Shown here in pieces: positions 49,841 to 61,818 of a stretch of 64,000 bases of DNA. Under the pieces are notes generated by a model, which saw only the letters and a list, made by a program, of their open reading frames with translations, was not told the DNA's origin and did no database searches. This DNA comes from Squalus acanthias (Eukaryota): positions 53,074,001 to 53,138,000 of the forward strand of contig CM059438.1 of assembly GCA_030390025.1 (NCBI GenBank), written 5' to 3'. Each line of letters opens with the position of its first letter. Position 1 is the stretch's first letter. Both the position numbers and the translations under genes were made by a program.

Positions 49841-51530
49841 ATATAATAGAATTGGTCTTCCTTAGCACCTCAGGGCACCATCCACACATGAAAGCACCAC
49901 AAAGTGCTTGGCAGGAGGTGATCTGAAATGTCAATGCACAGAGCAACACCCAGAGGACACCCCTACCAGGGTAACCAAGGTAGACAGCTCACTAGTACCT
50001 TGGAGATCTATGCTCAAAGGTGTGCAGATAGGAAACACAGGTACATCAGTGTAAACTTGATTCTCCAACCCACGGTCCTTTCACATGCGGCTCTGGCTTC
50101 TGGGACCTCTGAATTTACCATTAAATGAAATAAGTGTGAAAAGTATATATGACACATTATGTCCTCTCACACAACCTTCCAGTACATGCATGCCCATTAA
50201 GCAGCAGGGGACAATCAGAACCAGCAGTTAATACTTTCACTCGTAGTTCTCTTTTAGCTTTGCATAACAGTACTTAGATGTGTTCAGTGAAAGAGGATTT
50301 CAGCAATAAACTTTGTATCACTTTGCAAACTTTAACTCTTGTTGAGCACGGCTAGTTTTTGAGTTTAAGGCCAAATCAGTAATTTAAAGTGACCCCGGAT
50401 TGCAGTCTTTTCTGCGAAGGAGGGTGAAATGATAATGTCAGTTTTACCTCTTGAACAGTCGAGCAGCTTTCCCATCATGTCATTGTTTTTTCCCCATTAT
50501 CTCAAGTTTAACAGTGATTGCATCAATCTTGGACACAATGTTGCTAATTGAATGTTCCAGCTGAACAACACGGCGCCCCAACCTGGAGTAAGATTACATT
50601 GTAATAGCACCAGTCCATAAAATGTTGATGTTAGCTAGAAATTTACTAAGAAAAAGAAAATTATTAAAGAAATGTCGGAGAAGAAAAACTCATCCAGTTA
50701 ATGAACTTTAAATTCGCTGACACAGGACTTTAACATGCTGCAATGGGTTGGCAGTCTGCCTTGTCAGACAACGTTACAACATACAGGGCTCGAGATAACA
50801 CTGTCACATAGACGAGGCTGATCACATCAACTGTACCCTGACGTTAATTGAATTTATTTACCATGCTTAACAATTGTATACATAAAATTGATTGGATTCT
50901 AATAACTATCACGCGCTCATGTGAGCACGATGTGATCAATGATGGATGTATAAAATACTGTGCCCCGGAGTGACTTATCTGAGAGGTCGGTGACTGCACG
51001 CGGGTGCATCACTGCTCTCCCAGAGCGCTCTGCAATAAAGCGTACTCCCGCATTTAACTGTGTAAATTGGTGTTTGAGTTTTATTGCTCAGTCGGGCTAA
51101 GTTGGGTAACGCGTCGACTCTCGTTCACGGTTGGTCCGCTTAAGGCTCCGATTAGCCCCTACAACAATTGGCGCTGCGAGCAGGGTTACTGAGTACCGAC
51201 ACCCTGATCAAGTGTTAACGGGCTCGAGTAACCGAAAGAATCTGAGGGGATTTGCGAGAGTACACTTTATAGGGGTTTTTGGTCCGGGTATTCTCGGAAG
51301 GCAGAGGGGGAATCATTGTGAGTATTCTGCATTACAATGTCAAATTTTTGGGCCGTAGGTTAAAGGTACAGAGTAAAACCTGTGATAAAGTCTGCGGGCG
51401 GTGCTTGCGAGATCCGGAACTCCAGGCAACTAGACACGTCGGTAAACGAGTTCGCGAGTCCAGAAGGACGGGAGAGTGAAGAGAGGCGGTGAGTGTTTAC
51501 TGGAGAGTGTGATCGGAGAGCGGACGGGCG

Positions 51531-51812
51531 ATGTCAGGTAAGGACGTTAAGATGGGGCCCCCGGGGTCCCTTATTAATAGTTACATGACAGATAGACGTT
51601 CGCTGATAGACAGAATGCAGAAAGATGGCTGGGATGTTAGCCAGTCATTAGAGTCACAACGAGAGTGGGTACGTAAGCAAAAAAGGGAGAAAACCAAGAA
51701 AACAGGAGTTCTTTTGGTACACCAATTGGCGGGACTAATCGAGCAAGTAGATAAGGTCCGAGAGACTGATAAGGCCAAAAACAGAGAAATAGCAGATTTT
51801 AAAAAAAGGTAA
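51531..51812 (+). pseudogene. gag: ERV gag N-terminal fragment
   Basis: First ATG ORF after the leader. It ends where protease C-terminal sequence begins. Assigned by position only. Confidence 0.6.
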
Positions 51813-54062
51813 GAATAATGAGGGAACAATAATGGGAAATGACTTAATGAAAGAATACCAGGTATTAATTGATTGTGGTAAGAAGAAAATAACTTGGCCA
51901 AACTTGAACGGGCATAAAACTAGTATGCACTGTCTGACCAATAATACCACCAAAGTGGGAGTGGCTACAGCGGTAAGCCGGGACTGGCAAGTGGAAACCA
52001 ATGGGTACGGGGACACGTGTGCCTCGGTACAAGGAGTGTGGGCAAAAGATAAGTTAGACACAGGAATGGTTAAGATTGACCCCATTGTCGTCCCAGGACC
52101 CGAACACAAACCCCACCGACAATATCCCATTAAACCAGAAGCAAAGAAAGCTGTAGAAGACATAGTAAAGGGATTGGTAGAAAGAGGTGTCCTTCAGGAA
52201 ACCACGAGCACAACCAATTCCCCTACGTGGCCAATTAAAAAGCCAGATGGGAGTTACAGGCTGACAATTGACTATACGGCCTTGAATAAAGTGACGCCCA
52301 AGCTTCACCCCATAGTCGCCAGCCCGTCCACAATTTTGAACGGACTGGCTCCCGAACACAAGATATTCACAGTGTTGGACATAGCCAACGGATTCTGGGC
52401 TCTCCCATTGGATCCAGAGTCTCAGGAGAAATTTGCGTTCACAGTAGGAGACAGACAGTACACCTGGACCCGCCTGCCACAAGGATTCCATAATAGCCCC
52501 GCGATCTTCCATCGGGTAATGAGTAATATTTTAAAGGGTGTAGAGCTCCCACCAGGGAGCACGGTCCTCCAGTACGTTGACGATCTCCTGATAGCCTCGG
52601 ACAAAGTTCCAGGTCATAATAAGGCCCTGAAGATAGTAATGACAGCATGGGGACGTAGAGGGTATATAACCACAGGAGGTAACCCCATCAAACATCAGGG
52701 ACGAATAGAGGCCTTGCTAGAAGCAAGCAAAAGACCTAAACAGGTGGCAGTTATCAAAATTAAGGCCCATCAGAAAGAACCAGACAAGACAAGCCCAGAC
52801 TGGGACAGCCACCAGGGGAACCAGGCGGCTGATTGGGCAGCACAGGCAGCTCTAGAACAGGAGGAGATAAACGAAGTACCGGTGGGCAGCGTAGACAGCC
52901 CGGAGAACGAAATAAAGATCTGGGAAGTCCAAGACGAAGCATCGGACACGGAAAAGGAAACATGGGTAAGAAATGGAGCTGGAGTAGGATCCGATCGAGT
53001 CTGGCGAAAAGAAGGTAAAGTAGTAGCACCGGAGTGTATACAACAGACTCTGCTAGAGATACATCACGGTATTTCACATACAGGGAGAGAGGCAATGAGC
53101 TCCTTAATAAGTAAGGATTGGTGGTGGAAGGGGATGGGAAGAGACATCGCGAGGCACTGTCAGCGATGTATCACTTGTGCTCAGCATAATCCTGGCCGGC
53201 CTATTAAAATTAGAATGGGCCACCAGCCAAGACCCCGAGGTCCTTGGGAGCACATACAAATTGATTTTACGGGACCACCTCCCAGTCCCACGGAAAAATA
53301 TACTGCCTTGTGATAATTGACCAGTTCACAAGGTGGGTAGAAGCTATCCCAACGCGGAATTGCACGGCCTTAACGGTAGCCAGAATCCTGGCCGAGGAAG
53401 TAATCCCGCGGTGGGGAGTGCCCTTGCAAATCGACTCTGACCAAGGAACGCACTTTACAGGGAGTGTAGTAAAGAATATTTGTCAGCTGATGGGGATTAA
53501 ACAGGAGTTCCATATCCCTTACCACCCCCAGAGCTCGGGAATGGTTCAAAGAATTAATCGAACACTCAAAAACGCTTTAGCAAAAGCAATACAGGAATCT
53601 GGGAAAACATGGGTTGAGGTTTTACCCCTTATCCTAATGAAGTTACGAGCCACCACGAATCGTACGACAGGCCTGACCCCTTATGAACTAATGACAGGAA
53701 GGGCGATGCAATTACCAGAAGGCATCATAACAGGTGGGGCTGATGTGGGCCCCTTAAAGGACAGACTACGGCGTTATGTCTTAGAGCTTAGCACCCAACT
53801 GAAGGGGATGCGCCAAGCCGTACGAGACAATCAGGAACTTCAGGATCAGGCACAGGAGGGGGTCATGACACCCTCCGTGCCGTCAGCGGGCAGCAAAGTG
53901 ATGCTGAAGGTCCTGCCTGACAAGCCAGGCTTCGCCCCAAAATGGAGCGGACCCTACGAAATTATAATTAGTGGTGATACCTGTGCCTGTCTGGACATAA
54001 GGGGGAAGGGAGTCTGGAAACATTGGACACAATTAAAAATGTATGGAGAAAAGATGAACTAA
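51808..54062 (+). pseudogene. pol: ERV pol: protease tail, RT, partial RNase H and integrase
   Basis: IMGNDLM, LDIANGFW, LPQGFHNSP, YVDD, KAH...GNQAAD, HGISH/CQRC-ITC and DSDQGTHF. One frameshift near 53280. Confidence 0.95.
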
Positions 54063-54325
54063 TGGGCGCTTCTTTGTGTTTCTTTTACCTACAGATCAAG
54101 CGACCCGTAAATGTCCAATTACCTTACCTGTTTGCATTCGTGCTTTGGCTTATTGCATTTGGTGTACTACTGTGTTTTTATGTTTGTATGTTAATACAAG
54201 AGTGCTACCAGAAGCGGCAACGACGCGGTGATAGACAGTGCCTGCTTCCAAGTAAAAATGGGGATACCACTGTGTTTAATAGCGTTAACATGCATTGTTT
54301 CGGGAATGGAAAGGGGCTCCCGTAA
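54062..54325 (+). CDS. Putative 87-aa ERV accessory single-pass membrane protein between pol and env
   Basis: Hydrophobic stretch YLFAFVLWLIAFGVLLCFYVCMLI followed by KRQRR. The ATG overlaps the pol stop (TAATG). Confidence 0.4.
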   Translation: MGASLCFFYLQIKRPVNVQLPYLFAFVLWLIAFGVLLCFYVCMLIQECYQKRQRRGDRQCLLPSKNGDTTVFNSVNMHCFGNGKGLP

Positions 54326-55596
54326 GCGAAGAGAGCTCCAGGTGAATACCTTTGTATATATGTCGTATGAATACGTAAAGGAGACAGGGCAAAGTAGCTG
54401 TTGGGTGTGTAGCCATATTCCTGATCCATAGTAAGGGTGGGATACCACTGCGGCCCATACCCCTGAATCTCACGGAACTAGCAGAATTTGCGCTTAATGA
54501 CCAGAACAGCTATCATGACGTCACGAAGGAGGAGTTCCGAGGTGGAGGGTACCCATTGGAACGATTGAAGGGATGTTACAAACCCAAGTACAACTCTAGT
54601 AAAGATCCACCCTTCTTCGCCCTAACAAACACAACCGGGGTCGGAAGACCCGTCGGGAAACATGTTGGACAAGGAGTGTAAGTAGAGGGGTGAAGGTGAA
54701 CCTAGAGGCAGGAAATAGTAATTGCACCCAAACCTTTGTGACATATGAGGAGGGGAACACGGCATTTGAAAGCTGGTGGTTTAATACCACTGGTCTGCTA
54801 AACTTAACGAGTAACCAACCGTGGAATGGGACCCGACGGGCCACAGATAGTCAGATGGGTTTCACTATCTTTCGGGCAAACATGGATATGACGGCCTACA
54901 ATGGAACATATTTTATATGCGGGCACAAAGCGTACCCATGGCTGCCCAGAGATTGGACCGGGTCATGTTACCTGGGATACGTCATGCCTTATGTATACCA
55001 TCTCAAATCCCTCACGGAGCACCATTGTTATCGAACCAGGCGAGGAATTACGGAGACTGAGCGATTCTTCGCCGTCGCCTTCCCCCACTGGGGGGTGGGT
55101 AAATTAGCACGGGAAATCACTAACAATGCCCAAATTCTCGAGAAGGTAGCCAACGACACCACAGAAGCCCTTGCAGAAATAAGCGCAGAAATGGTAGCCC
55201 TCAGGACAGTGGCCATGCAAAACAGGATGGCACTGGACTACGGGCACTTGCGCGGTGATCGGGCAAGAGTGTTGTACTTACATCCCTGATAGTTCGGAAA
55301 ACATCACCAACTTGGTAAACCACATGAAGGAAGAGATTAAGAAATTACACCAGGAACCGACACAGTCATGGCTAGAATGGTTGGGGCTAACAGAATGGGG
55401 CCCCTGGATTATGCACGTAATGGTTGTGATAGTGATGATATGTGTCGCTGTATGTTGCTTGATAACCTTGTTAAAGACATGTTGTAAGATTGCCACAACC
55501 CAGCTAATGTCAGTCAGCGCCGTACGGGAAGAGGAGCCGTTGCTCGAAGACGAAGAAAAGGAAGGGAGGAAACGCATGACACCGTCGCAGGGGTAG
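54258..55596 (+). pseudogene. env: ERV env, gamma-type, frameshifted
   Basis: Signal peptide MGIPLCLIALTCIVSG, CWVC, furin site RTRR, ISD MQNRMALDY, CX6CC (CAVIGQECC after a frameshift) and a TM helix. Confidence 0.93.
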
Positions 55597-56544
55597 CCAG
55601 CCCTCAAGAGATGAGCCAGTGGCTGTAGCGTCGACCCCGTGAAGAGGCACGGAGCAGTGGTTTCCTGGGGGCAAGAAGGTCGTGCCCCCGGACCAACAGA
55701 AGGGAGTGTTGGAGAAGAAAATGATTAAAGAAATGTCGGAGAAGAAAAACTCATCCAGTTAATGAACTTTAAATTCGCTGACACAGGACTTTAACATGCT
55801 GCAATGGGTTGGCAGTCTGCCTTGTCAGACAACGTTACAACATACAGGGCTCGAGATAACACTGTCACATAGACGAGGCTGATCACATCAACTGTACCCT
55901 GACGTTAATTGAATTTATTTACCATGCTTAACAATTGTATACATAAAATTGATTGGATTCTAATAACTATCACGTGCTCATGTGAGCACGATGTGATCAA
56001 TGATGGATGTATAAAATACTGTGCCCCGGAGTGAATTATCTGAGAGGTCGGTGACTGCACGCGGGTGCATCACTGCTCTCTCAGAGCGCTCTGCAATAAA
56101 GTGTACTCCCGCATTTAACCGTGTAAATTGGTGTTTGAGTTTTATTGCTCAGTCGGGCTAAGTCGGGTAACGCGTCGACTCTCCTTCACGGTTGGTCCGC
56201 TTAAGGCTCCGATTAGCCCCTACAACATCACTAACATTACATAAAGATTTCTTTTTTCAAAACTATGTCTGTCATTAGGTCCCTATGCCTTATTTCACAT
56301 TTATTACAACACCCTGGCAGCCCTACTTCATGATACATACATTTGGAATTCTTCATTTGTTACACTGCTGTTTGGTTTGTTGTTGCTGTTTTTTTACATT
56401 ATCAAAATCTAAGGACTGGTTAAAAGTGCATAAGCCTACTTCCCAAGTTTTCTATCTCAGTACTCAGAGCAACCTGTGAAAAAATGGTCGATATTTAAAT
56501 GACACAAGTTAGTAAATAAAAGTCTCTTTATAATCATAACAATA

Positions 56545-57070
56545 AATTGCATTTATATAACATAGAAAAGTCTTAAAGGCTCTTCACAGAGACGCATGGA
56601 AAATGGATGCCAAGCCAAAGGAGAGATTATAGCAGGTGACCAAAAGCTTAGACAAAGAGGTGGATTTAAAGAAGGGCCTTAAGAAGGAGAATAGGTAGGC
56701 GGTGAGACGGAGGGGTTTAGAGAGGGAATTCCAGAGCGTAGGATCTAAGTGACTGAAGACATACAATAATTGCCAATGGTGGAGCGAAGGGAAGGGGAGA
56801 TGAATAACAGGCCAGACAGAGTCAGAGGAACAGAGAGTTCCAATGGGGTTGTAGGACTGGAGGAGGTTGTATAGATAAGGAGGAGCAAGGCAGAGCATGG
56901 AAAGATATAAATACAAGTCTGAGAATTTAAAATTTGAGGCATTGGGGGACTGGGACCCAATGTAGGTCAGTGAGGGTCGTCATGATGGACAAGTGGAACT
57001 TGGTGCTGAATAGGTTTGTAAGAGTTTTGGATGAACTGAAGTTTATCAAAGGTGCAGGATGGGAAGCTGT
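56545..57070 (-). mobile_element. L2 LINE 3' fragment
   Basis: LAPPYLYNLLQSYNP...PTLWNSLSKPLRL, typical of the L2 ORF2 C-terminus. Confidence 0.75.
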
Positions 57071-57255
57071 GTAACTCCAGATTCCTTTATGTAATGGCGT
57101 GGTAAATGCAGTTTACAGATTACTATAATAATGGTACTATAGATTGCAGTACTAATGGCACTGTGTGCCTGTAGATTAATGGCAGTGTGCGTGACTGCTG
57201 TTCATAGCGTAACTGCCAACGTTTTTTTATTGAGGTGATAGTCCCCAGTGACTCG

Positions 57256-57665
57256 AAAGAAGAATGAAAGACTTGTATTATTATAGCGCCTTTCAGAACC
57301 TCAGGACGTCCCAAAGCGCTTTACAGCTAATGAGGTACTTTAGAAGCGTAGTCACTGTTGTAATGTAGGATACACGGCAGCCAATTTGCGCACAGCAAGA
57401 ACCCACAAACAGCAATGAGATAAATGACCAGAATATCTGTTTTAGTGATGTTGGTTGAGGGATAAATATCAGTGAAAACTCCCATGCTCTTCTTCGAAAT
57501 AGTGCCATGGGATCTTTTACATCTACCCGAGAGGGCAGACGAGGCCTCGGTTTAACGTCTCATCCAAAAGGTGGCACCTCCAGCAATGCAGCACTCCCTC
57601 AGTACTGCACTGAAGTGCCAGCCTAGAATAAGTGATCAAGTCTCTGGAGTGGGACCTGAATCCAC

Positions 57666-57696
<31 letters not shown>

Positions 57697-57709
57697 ACTG
57701 AGCCACAGC
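57256..57709 (-). mobile_element. DeuSINE (SacSINE1-like), full length
   Basis: Same family as 30357-30793, with A/B boxes and Deu core. A 3' fragment also lies on + at about 59897-60018. Confidence 0.9.
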
Positions 57710-58217
57710 TGACACCTAACTGGGGCAGTGGCTTTCCACTCTCTGTAATGATTGGAGTATGATCAAAATCTCATTCTGTAGAATTATGGCAATCAGGTAT
57801 CCTATGGCAGTTGGCCTATGGATAGGACACCCCGTCACCAAGAATGATACCAACCTGAAGCAATGCCGTACAAGAGTGCATCTGACCAAACACACCAAGT
57901 TGGTCAGATAGACACTGCAATTGACTATGTTGTCAATAGTCACTCCTGGTCAGATATCTGATTGTGAGGTCTGTGGTTTTGCTCCCTTGGAAAAATGTGC
58001 AGTAGAATTGCTGATGGTCTCTTAAGACAAGCATGCACTCAAATTCATCAAAAAGAGGGTTTGGTATCCACATCTGTGCCAAGGGAAAGAGAGAACTCAC
58101 CAATATTCACAATTCACAAATAATTAAAAGTATTTTAACAAAGTAGGTTAACAAAGCCATAAAAAGTGCAAACAAAGCACTAGAATTCATTTCTAGAGGA
58201 ATAGAATTTATGTTACG

Positions 58218-59518
58218 AACATAAGAAATAGAAGCAGGAGTAGGCTATTCGGCCCCTCGAGCCTGCTCTGCCATTCAATAAGATCATGGCTGATCTTCTA
58301 CTTCAACTCCACTTTCCTGCACTATCCCCATATCCCTTGATTCCCTTAATATCCAAAAGTCGATCTCTTTCTTGAATATACTCAACGACTGAGCATCCAC
58401 ATCCCTCTGGGGTAGAGAATTCCAAAGATTCACAACCCTTTGATGAAGAAATTTCTCCTCATCTCAGTCCTAAATGGCCGACCCCTTATTCTGAGACTGT
58501 GACCCCTAGTTCTAGACTCCACAGCCAGGGGAAACATCCTCTCACCATCGACCCTGTCAAGCCTTGTAAGAATTTTATATGTTTCAATGATCACCTCTCA
58601 TTCTTCTAAATTCTGGGGAATATAGGCCTAGTCTCCTCAATTTCTCCTCATAGGACAATCCCCTCATCCCAGGAATCAGTCTGGTTGCATTCCCTCCAAG
58701 GCAAGTATATCCTTCCTTAGGTAAGGAGGCCAAAACTGTACACAGTACTCCAGATGTGATCTCACCAAGGCCCTATGTAATTGCAGTAAGACTTCTTTAC
58801 ACTTATACTCCAATCCTCTTGTAATAAACGCTAACATACCATTTGCTTTCCTAATTGCTTGCTGTACCCGCATGTTAACTTCCAATGATTCGTGTACAAG
58901 TTCACCCAGGTCCCTCTGAACACCAACATTTCCCAATCGCTCACCATTTAAAAAGTATTCCGCTTTTCTATTTTTCCTACCAAAGTGTATAACTTCACAT
59001 TTCTCCACATTATATTCCATCTGCCATGTTCTTGCCCAATCACTTAACCTGTCTATATCCCTTTGCAGGCTTTTTGCATCCTCCTCACAGCTCACTTTCC
59101 CACCTAGCCTTGTATCGTCAGCAAACTTGGATACATTACACTCGCTCCCCTCATCTAAGTCATTGATGTAGATTGTAAATAGCTGAGGCCCAAGCACTGA
59201 TCCTTGTGGCACCCCACTAGTTACAGCCTACCAATCTGAAAATGACCCATTTATTCCCACTCTCTGTTTCCTGTCCATTAACCAATCCTCAATCTATGCT
59301 AATATTTTACCCTCAATCCTATGAGCCCTAATTTTGTGTAATAACCTCTTGTGTGACACCTTATTGAATACTTTTTGAAAATCCAAATACACTACATCCA
59401 CTGGTACCCCCTTGTGTAACCTGCTAGTTACAATCTCAAAAAACTCAACAGATTTGTCAAATACGATTTCCCTTTCATAAATCAGTGTCGACTCTACCCA
59501 ATCAGATTATGATATTCT
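58218..59518 (-). mobile_element. CR1 fragment inserted into an older plus-strand CR1 (58130-60240)
   Basis: RT ORF 58676-59212. The host CR1 resumes at about 59519. Confidence 0.88.
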
Positions 59519-60255
59519 AACTTGTATCGAATCTTGGTTAGACCACACTTGGAGTACTGTGAAGAGTTTGGTCTCCATATTATAGAAAGGATCTAGAGGC
59601 CCTGGAGAAGGTGCAAAAGAGATTTACAAGAATGATACCAGAACTGAGAGGTTATACTTATCAGGAAAGATTGAACAGGCTGGGACTCTTTTCTCTAGAA
59701 AAGAGAAGGCTTGAGGATTGACCTGATGGAGGTCATCAAGATTATGAAAGGGTTTGATAGGGTAGAAGTAGAGAAGATTTTTCCACTTGCGGGTGGGACC
59801 TGAACTAGAGACATAAATAGCCCCTGATAAATCCAATAGGGAATTCAGGGGAAACTTCTTTACCCAGAAAGTGCTGAGAATGTGGAACTCGCTCCCACAC
59901 GTTTCCTACATTGCAACAGAGACAACACGTCAAAAAGTACTTCATTGGCTGTAAGCGCTAGGGGATGTCCTGAAGTTGTGAAAGGCGCTGTAGAAATGCG
60001 AGTCTTTCTTCCTTTCCTTCACATGGAGTAGTTGAGGTGAAGAGCATAGATTTAAGGGGAAGCTAGATAAACACACGAGAAATGTGAAGTTATCCCGGGT
60101 GAACTTGTACACGAATCATTGGAAGTTAACATGCAGGAGAGGGAAAGGAGCAGAAAGACAGGGTTAGATGAAGCAGGAGGATGGTGTGGAGCACAAAGAC
60201 AGTTGGGGCGAAGGGGCTGCTCTGCGCTGCACATTCCATGTCTTTCTCTCTAATG

Positions 60256-60436
60256 ATGCGGAGATGCCGGTGTTGGACTGGGGTGGACAAAAGTGAGAAG
60301 TCGCACAACACCAGGTTATAGTCCAACAGCTTTATTTGAAATCACAAGCTTCACTGACGAAGGAGCAGCGCTCTGAAAGCTTGTGATTTCAAATAAAGCC
60401 GTTGGACTATAACCTGGTGTGCGACTTCTCACTTTT
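60256..60436 (+). mobile_element. Penelope-like pseudo-LTR insertion with inverted repeat and hammerhead core
   Basis: About 62-bp inverted arms around CTGACGA...GAAA, flanked by direct repeats ctctaatg. Confidence 0.75.
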
Positions 60437-60639
60437 CTCTAATGTTCTGGCAGCAGTTAGAAACGATGCTGCAGAGAAAGATTAAACTGTACAATGATGC
60501 TGCCATTAAAGATTTTTTTTTAAATCAAATTAAATACACCTGAGAGCACAGTATTGTCACTTTAAGGAAACCATGACCAACTCTCCAATCCTGTGTCCTT
60601 TTTAAGGTCACGGTTGAGAACTTTTCGGAAGCAGCAATA

Positions 60640-61210
60640 CCTCACACCGCCGGCCCCGGGACACTGAACCCCGCATTAATCCACATGTGGAGTGGAGCCG
60701 CCACATGTTAATATCGTGAACCCCGAAATAAATATATATTATACACGGAGGCGGGAGTGGTACCGGTACTCACCTCACGCTGGCTGACAGCCGCCGCCCG
60801 CCAATATCCGCAGCTTCAAACCGGCGACAGTTGAAGCGGTTGGGAGCTCGAGCGGGCCGTTAAAGGGACCGCGCGCTCAGGGGACCGTTAAAGGAACTGT
60901 GTGCTGTAGGGCTCGCTGGGGCTCAGGGGGCCGTTAAAGGGACCGCGTGCTCTAGGCCTCACAGGGGCAGTTAAAGGGACTGCGCGCTGTAGGGCTCACT
61001 GGGGCCGTTAAAGGGACCGCGCGCTCTAGGGCTCAGGGGACCGTTAAAGGGACTGCGCGCTGTAGGGCTCGCAGCTACAGTTAAAGGAACCGCGCTCTGT
61101 AGGGCTCGCGGCTACAGTTAAAGGGACCGCGCGCTGTAGGGCTCGCGGCTACAGTTAAAGGGACCGCGCGCTGTAGGGCTCGCGGCTACAGTTAAAGGAA
61201 CTGCAGCTCA
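60640..61210 (-). promoter_or_regulatory. CpG-island-like region, candidate promoter and non-coding first exon of the ABCG2-like gene
   Basis: CpG-rich unique sequence with a consensus minus-strand donor GAG|GTGAGT (intron starts at 60773). The first coding exon begins at an acceptor, so an upstream exon must exist. Confidence 0.5.
60856..61208. repeat. CpG-rich minisatellite, about 10 copies of a ~37 bp unit
   Basis: Repeated gttaaagggaccgcgcgctgtagggctcgcggctaca and variants. Confidence 0.92.
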
Positions 61211-61418
61211 CGGTCTGTTCTCTGTAACCTAACTCAATTAATGCATGTTGTAACAAGCAGGCCTTGTGGTTGTAACGGTCCATTGTCCTGGTGGGTGAGA
61301 TCTTCATACCTCCAGACCCAGTACACAGAGTTCCAGATACGGTACTCTGAAGAATAATACTGTATCGGGCCAAGAAGGTGGGTAGCTAATTGAGCAAGAC
61401 ATGCAGCAAAACCAAATA

Positions 61419-61818
61419 CAGGAAACTCTTTATTAACCGGCACCGACGGGACCGGCGTGGTGCCGGTTTATCGAAAGTACCGGATAACGGAGAGTTATAT
61501 CTACCGAGGCTATTTTTAACAAAGAAAAATAAATAAATCAAGAAATGTGCAGTATACTTCCGACAGCGCCAGGAGGCCGAGTAGTGGCACTTTTGAGAAC
61601 TACCCCTACTGACTAAATCGGCGTTCGCGGATTCGGACTCGGGATCGGCAACATTGCCGGTTATTTGAGAGGAGTTTTCGGAGTACTCGCCGTTCGCGGA
61701 GACTCGACTGCAACTCGGCAACATTGCCGGTTATTTGAGAGGCGTTTTCGGAGGATGATTTTTGCCGGTTAAGCGAGAATTCCGGATATTTGGGTGCCGG
61801 ATAAACAAAAGTTTCCTG
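61419..61818. mobile_element. 400-bp Tc1/mariner-pogo (Tigger-like) MITE
   Basis: TA|caggaaactctttattaaccggcacc ... ggtgccggataaacaaaagtttcctg|TA, with an internal direct repeat tcggcaacattgccggttatttgagagg. Confidence 0.88.

Larger units (their letters stand above)
50654..56227 (+). mobile_element. Endogenous retrovirus, internally deleted provirus with both LTRs
   Basis: 5' LTR about 50654-51166, 3' LTR 55707-56227 (tgttg...caaca), TATAAAA at 50949, AATAAA at 51034, PBS TGGCGCTGCGAGCAGGGT (tRNA-Ser-like) at 51169, PPT agaagggag. No clean TSD found. Confidence 0.96.

Noticed and set aside
54258..55596. Co-opted syncytin-like env
   Set aside because: Multiple frameshifts and a short deletion after the ISD, in a young provirus.
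60856..61208. CRISPR-like periodic repeats
   Set aside because: The intervening sequences are homologous to each other rather than unique spacers, there are no cas genes, and the context is vertebrate. It is a minisatellite.
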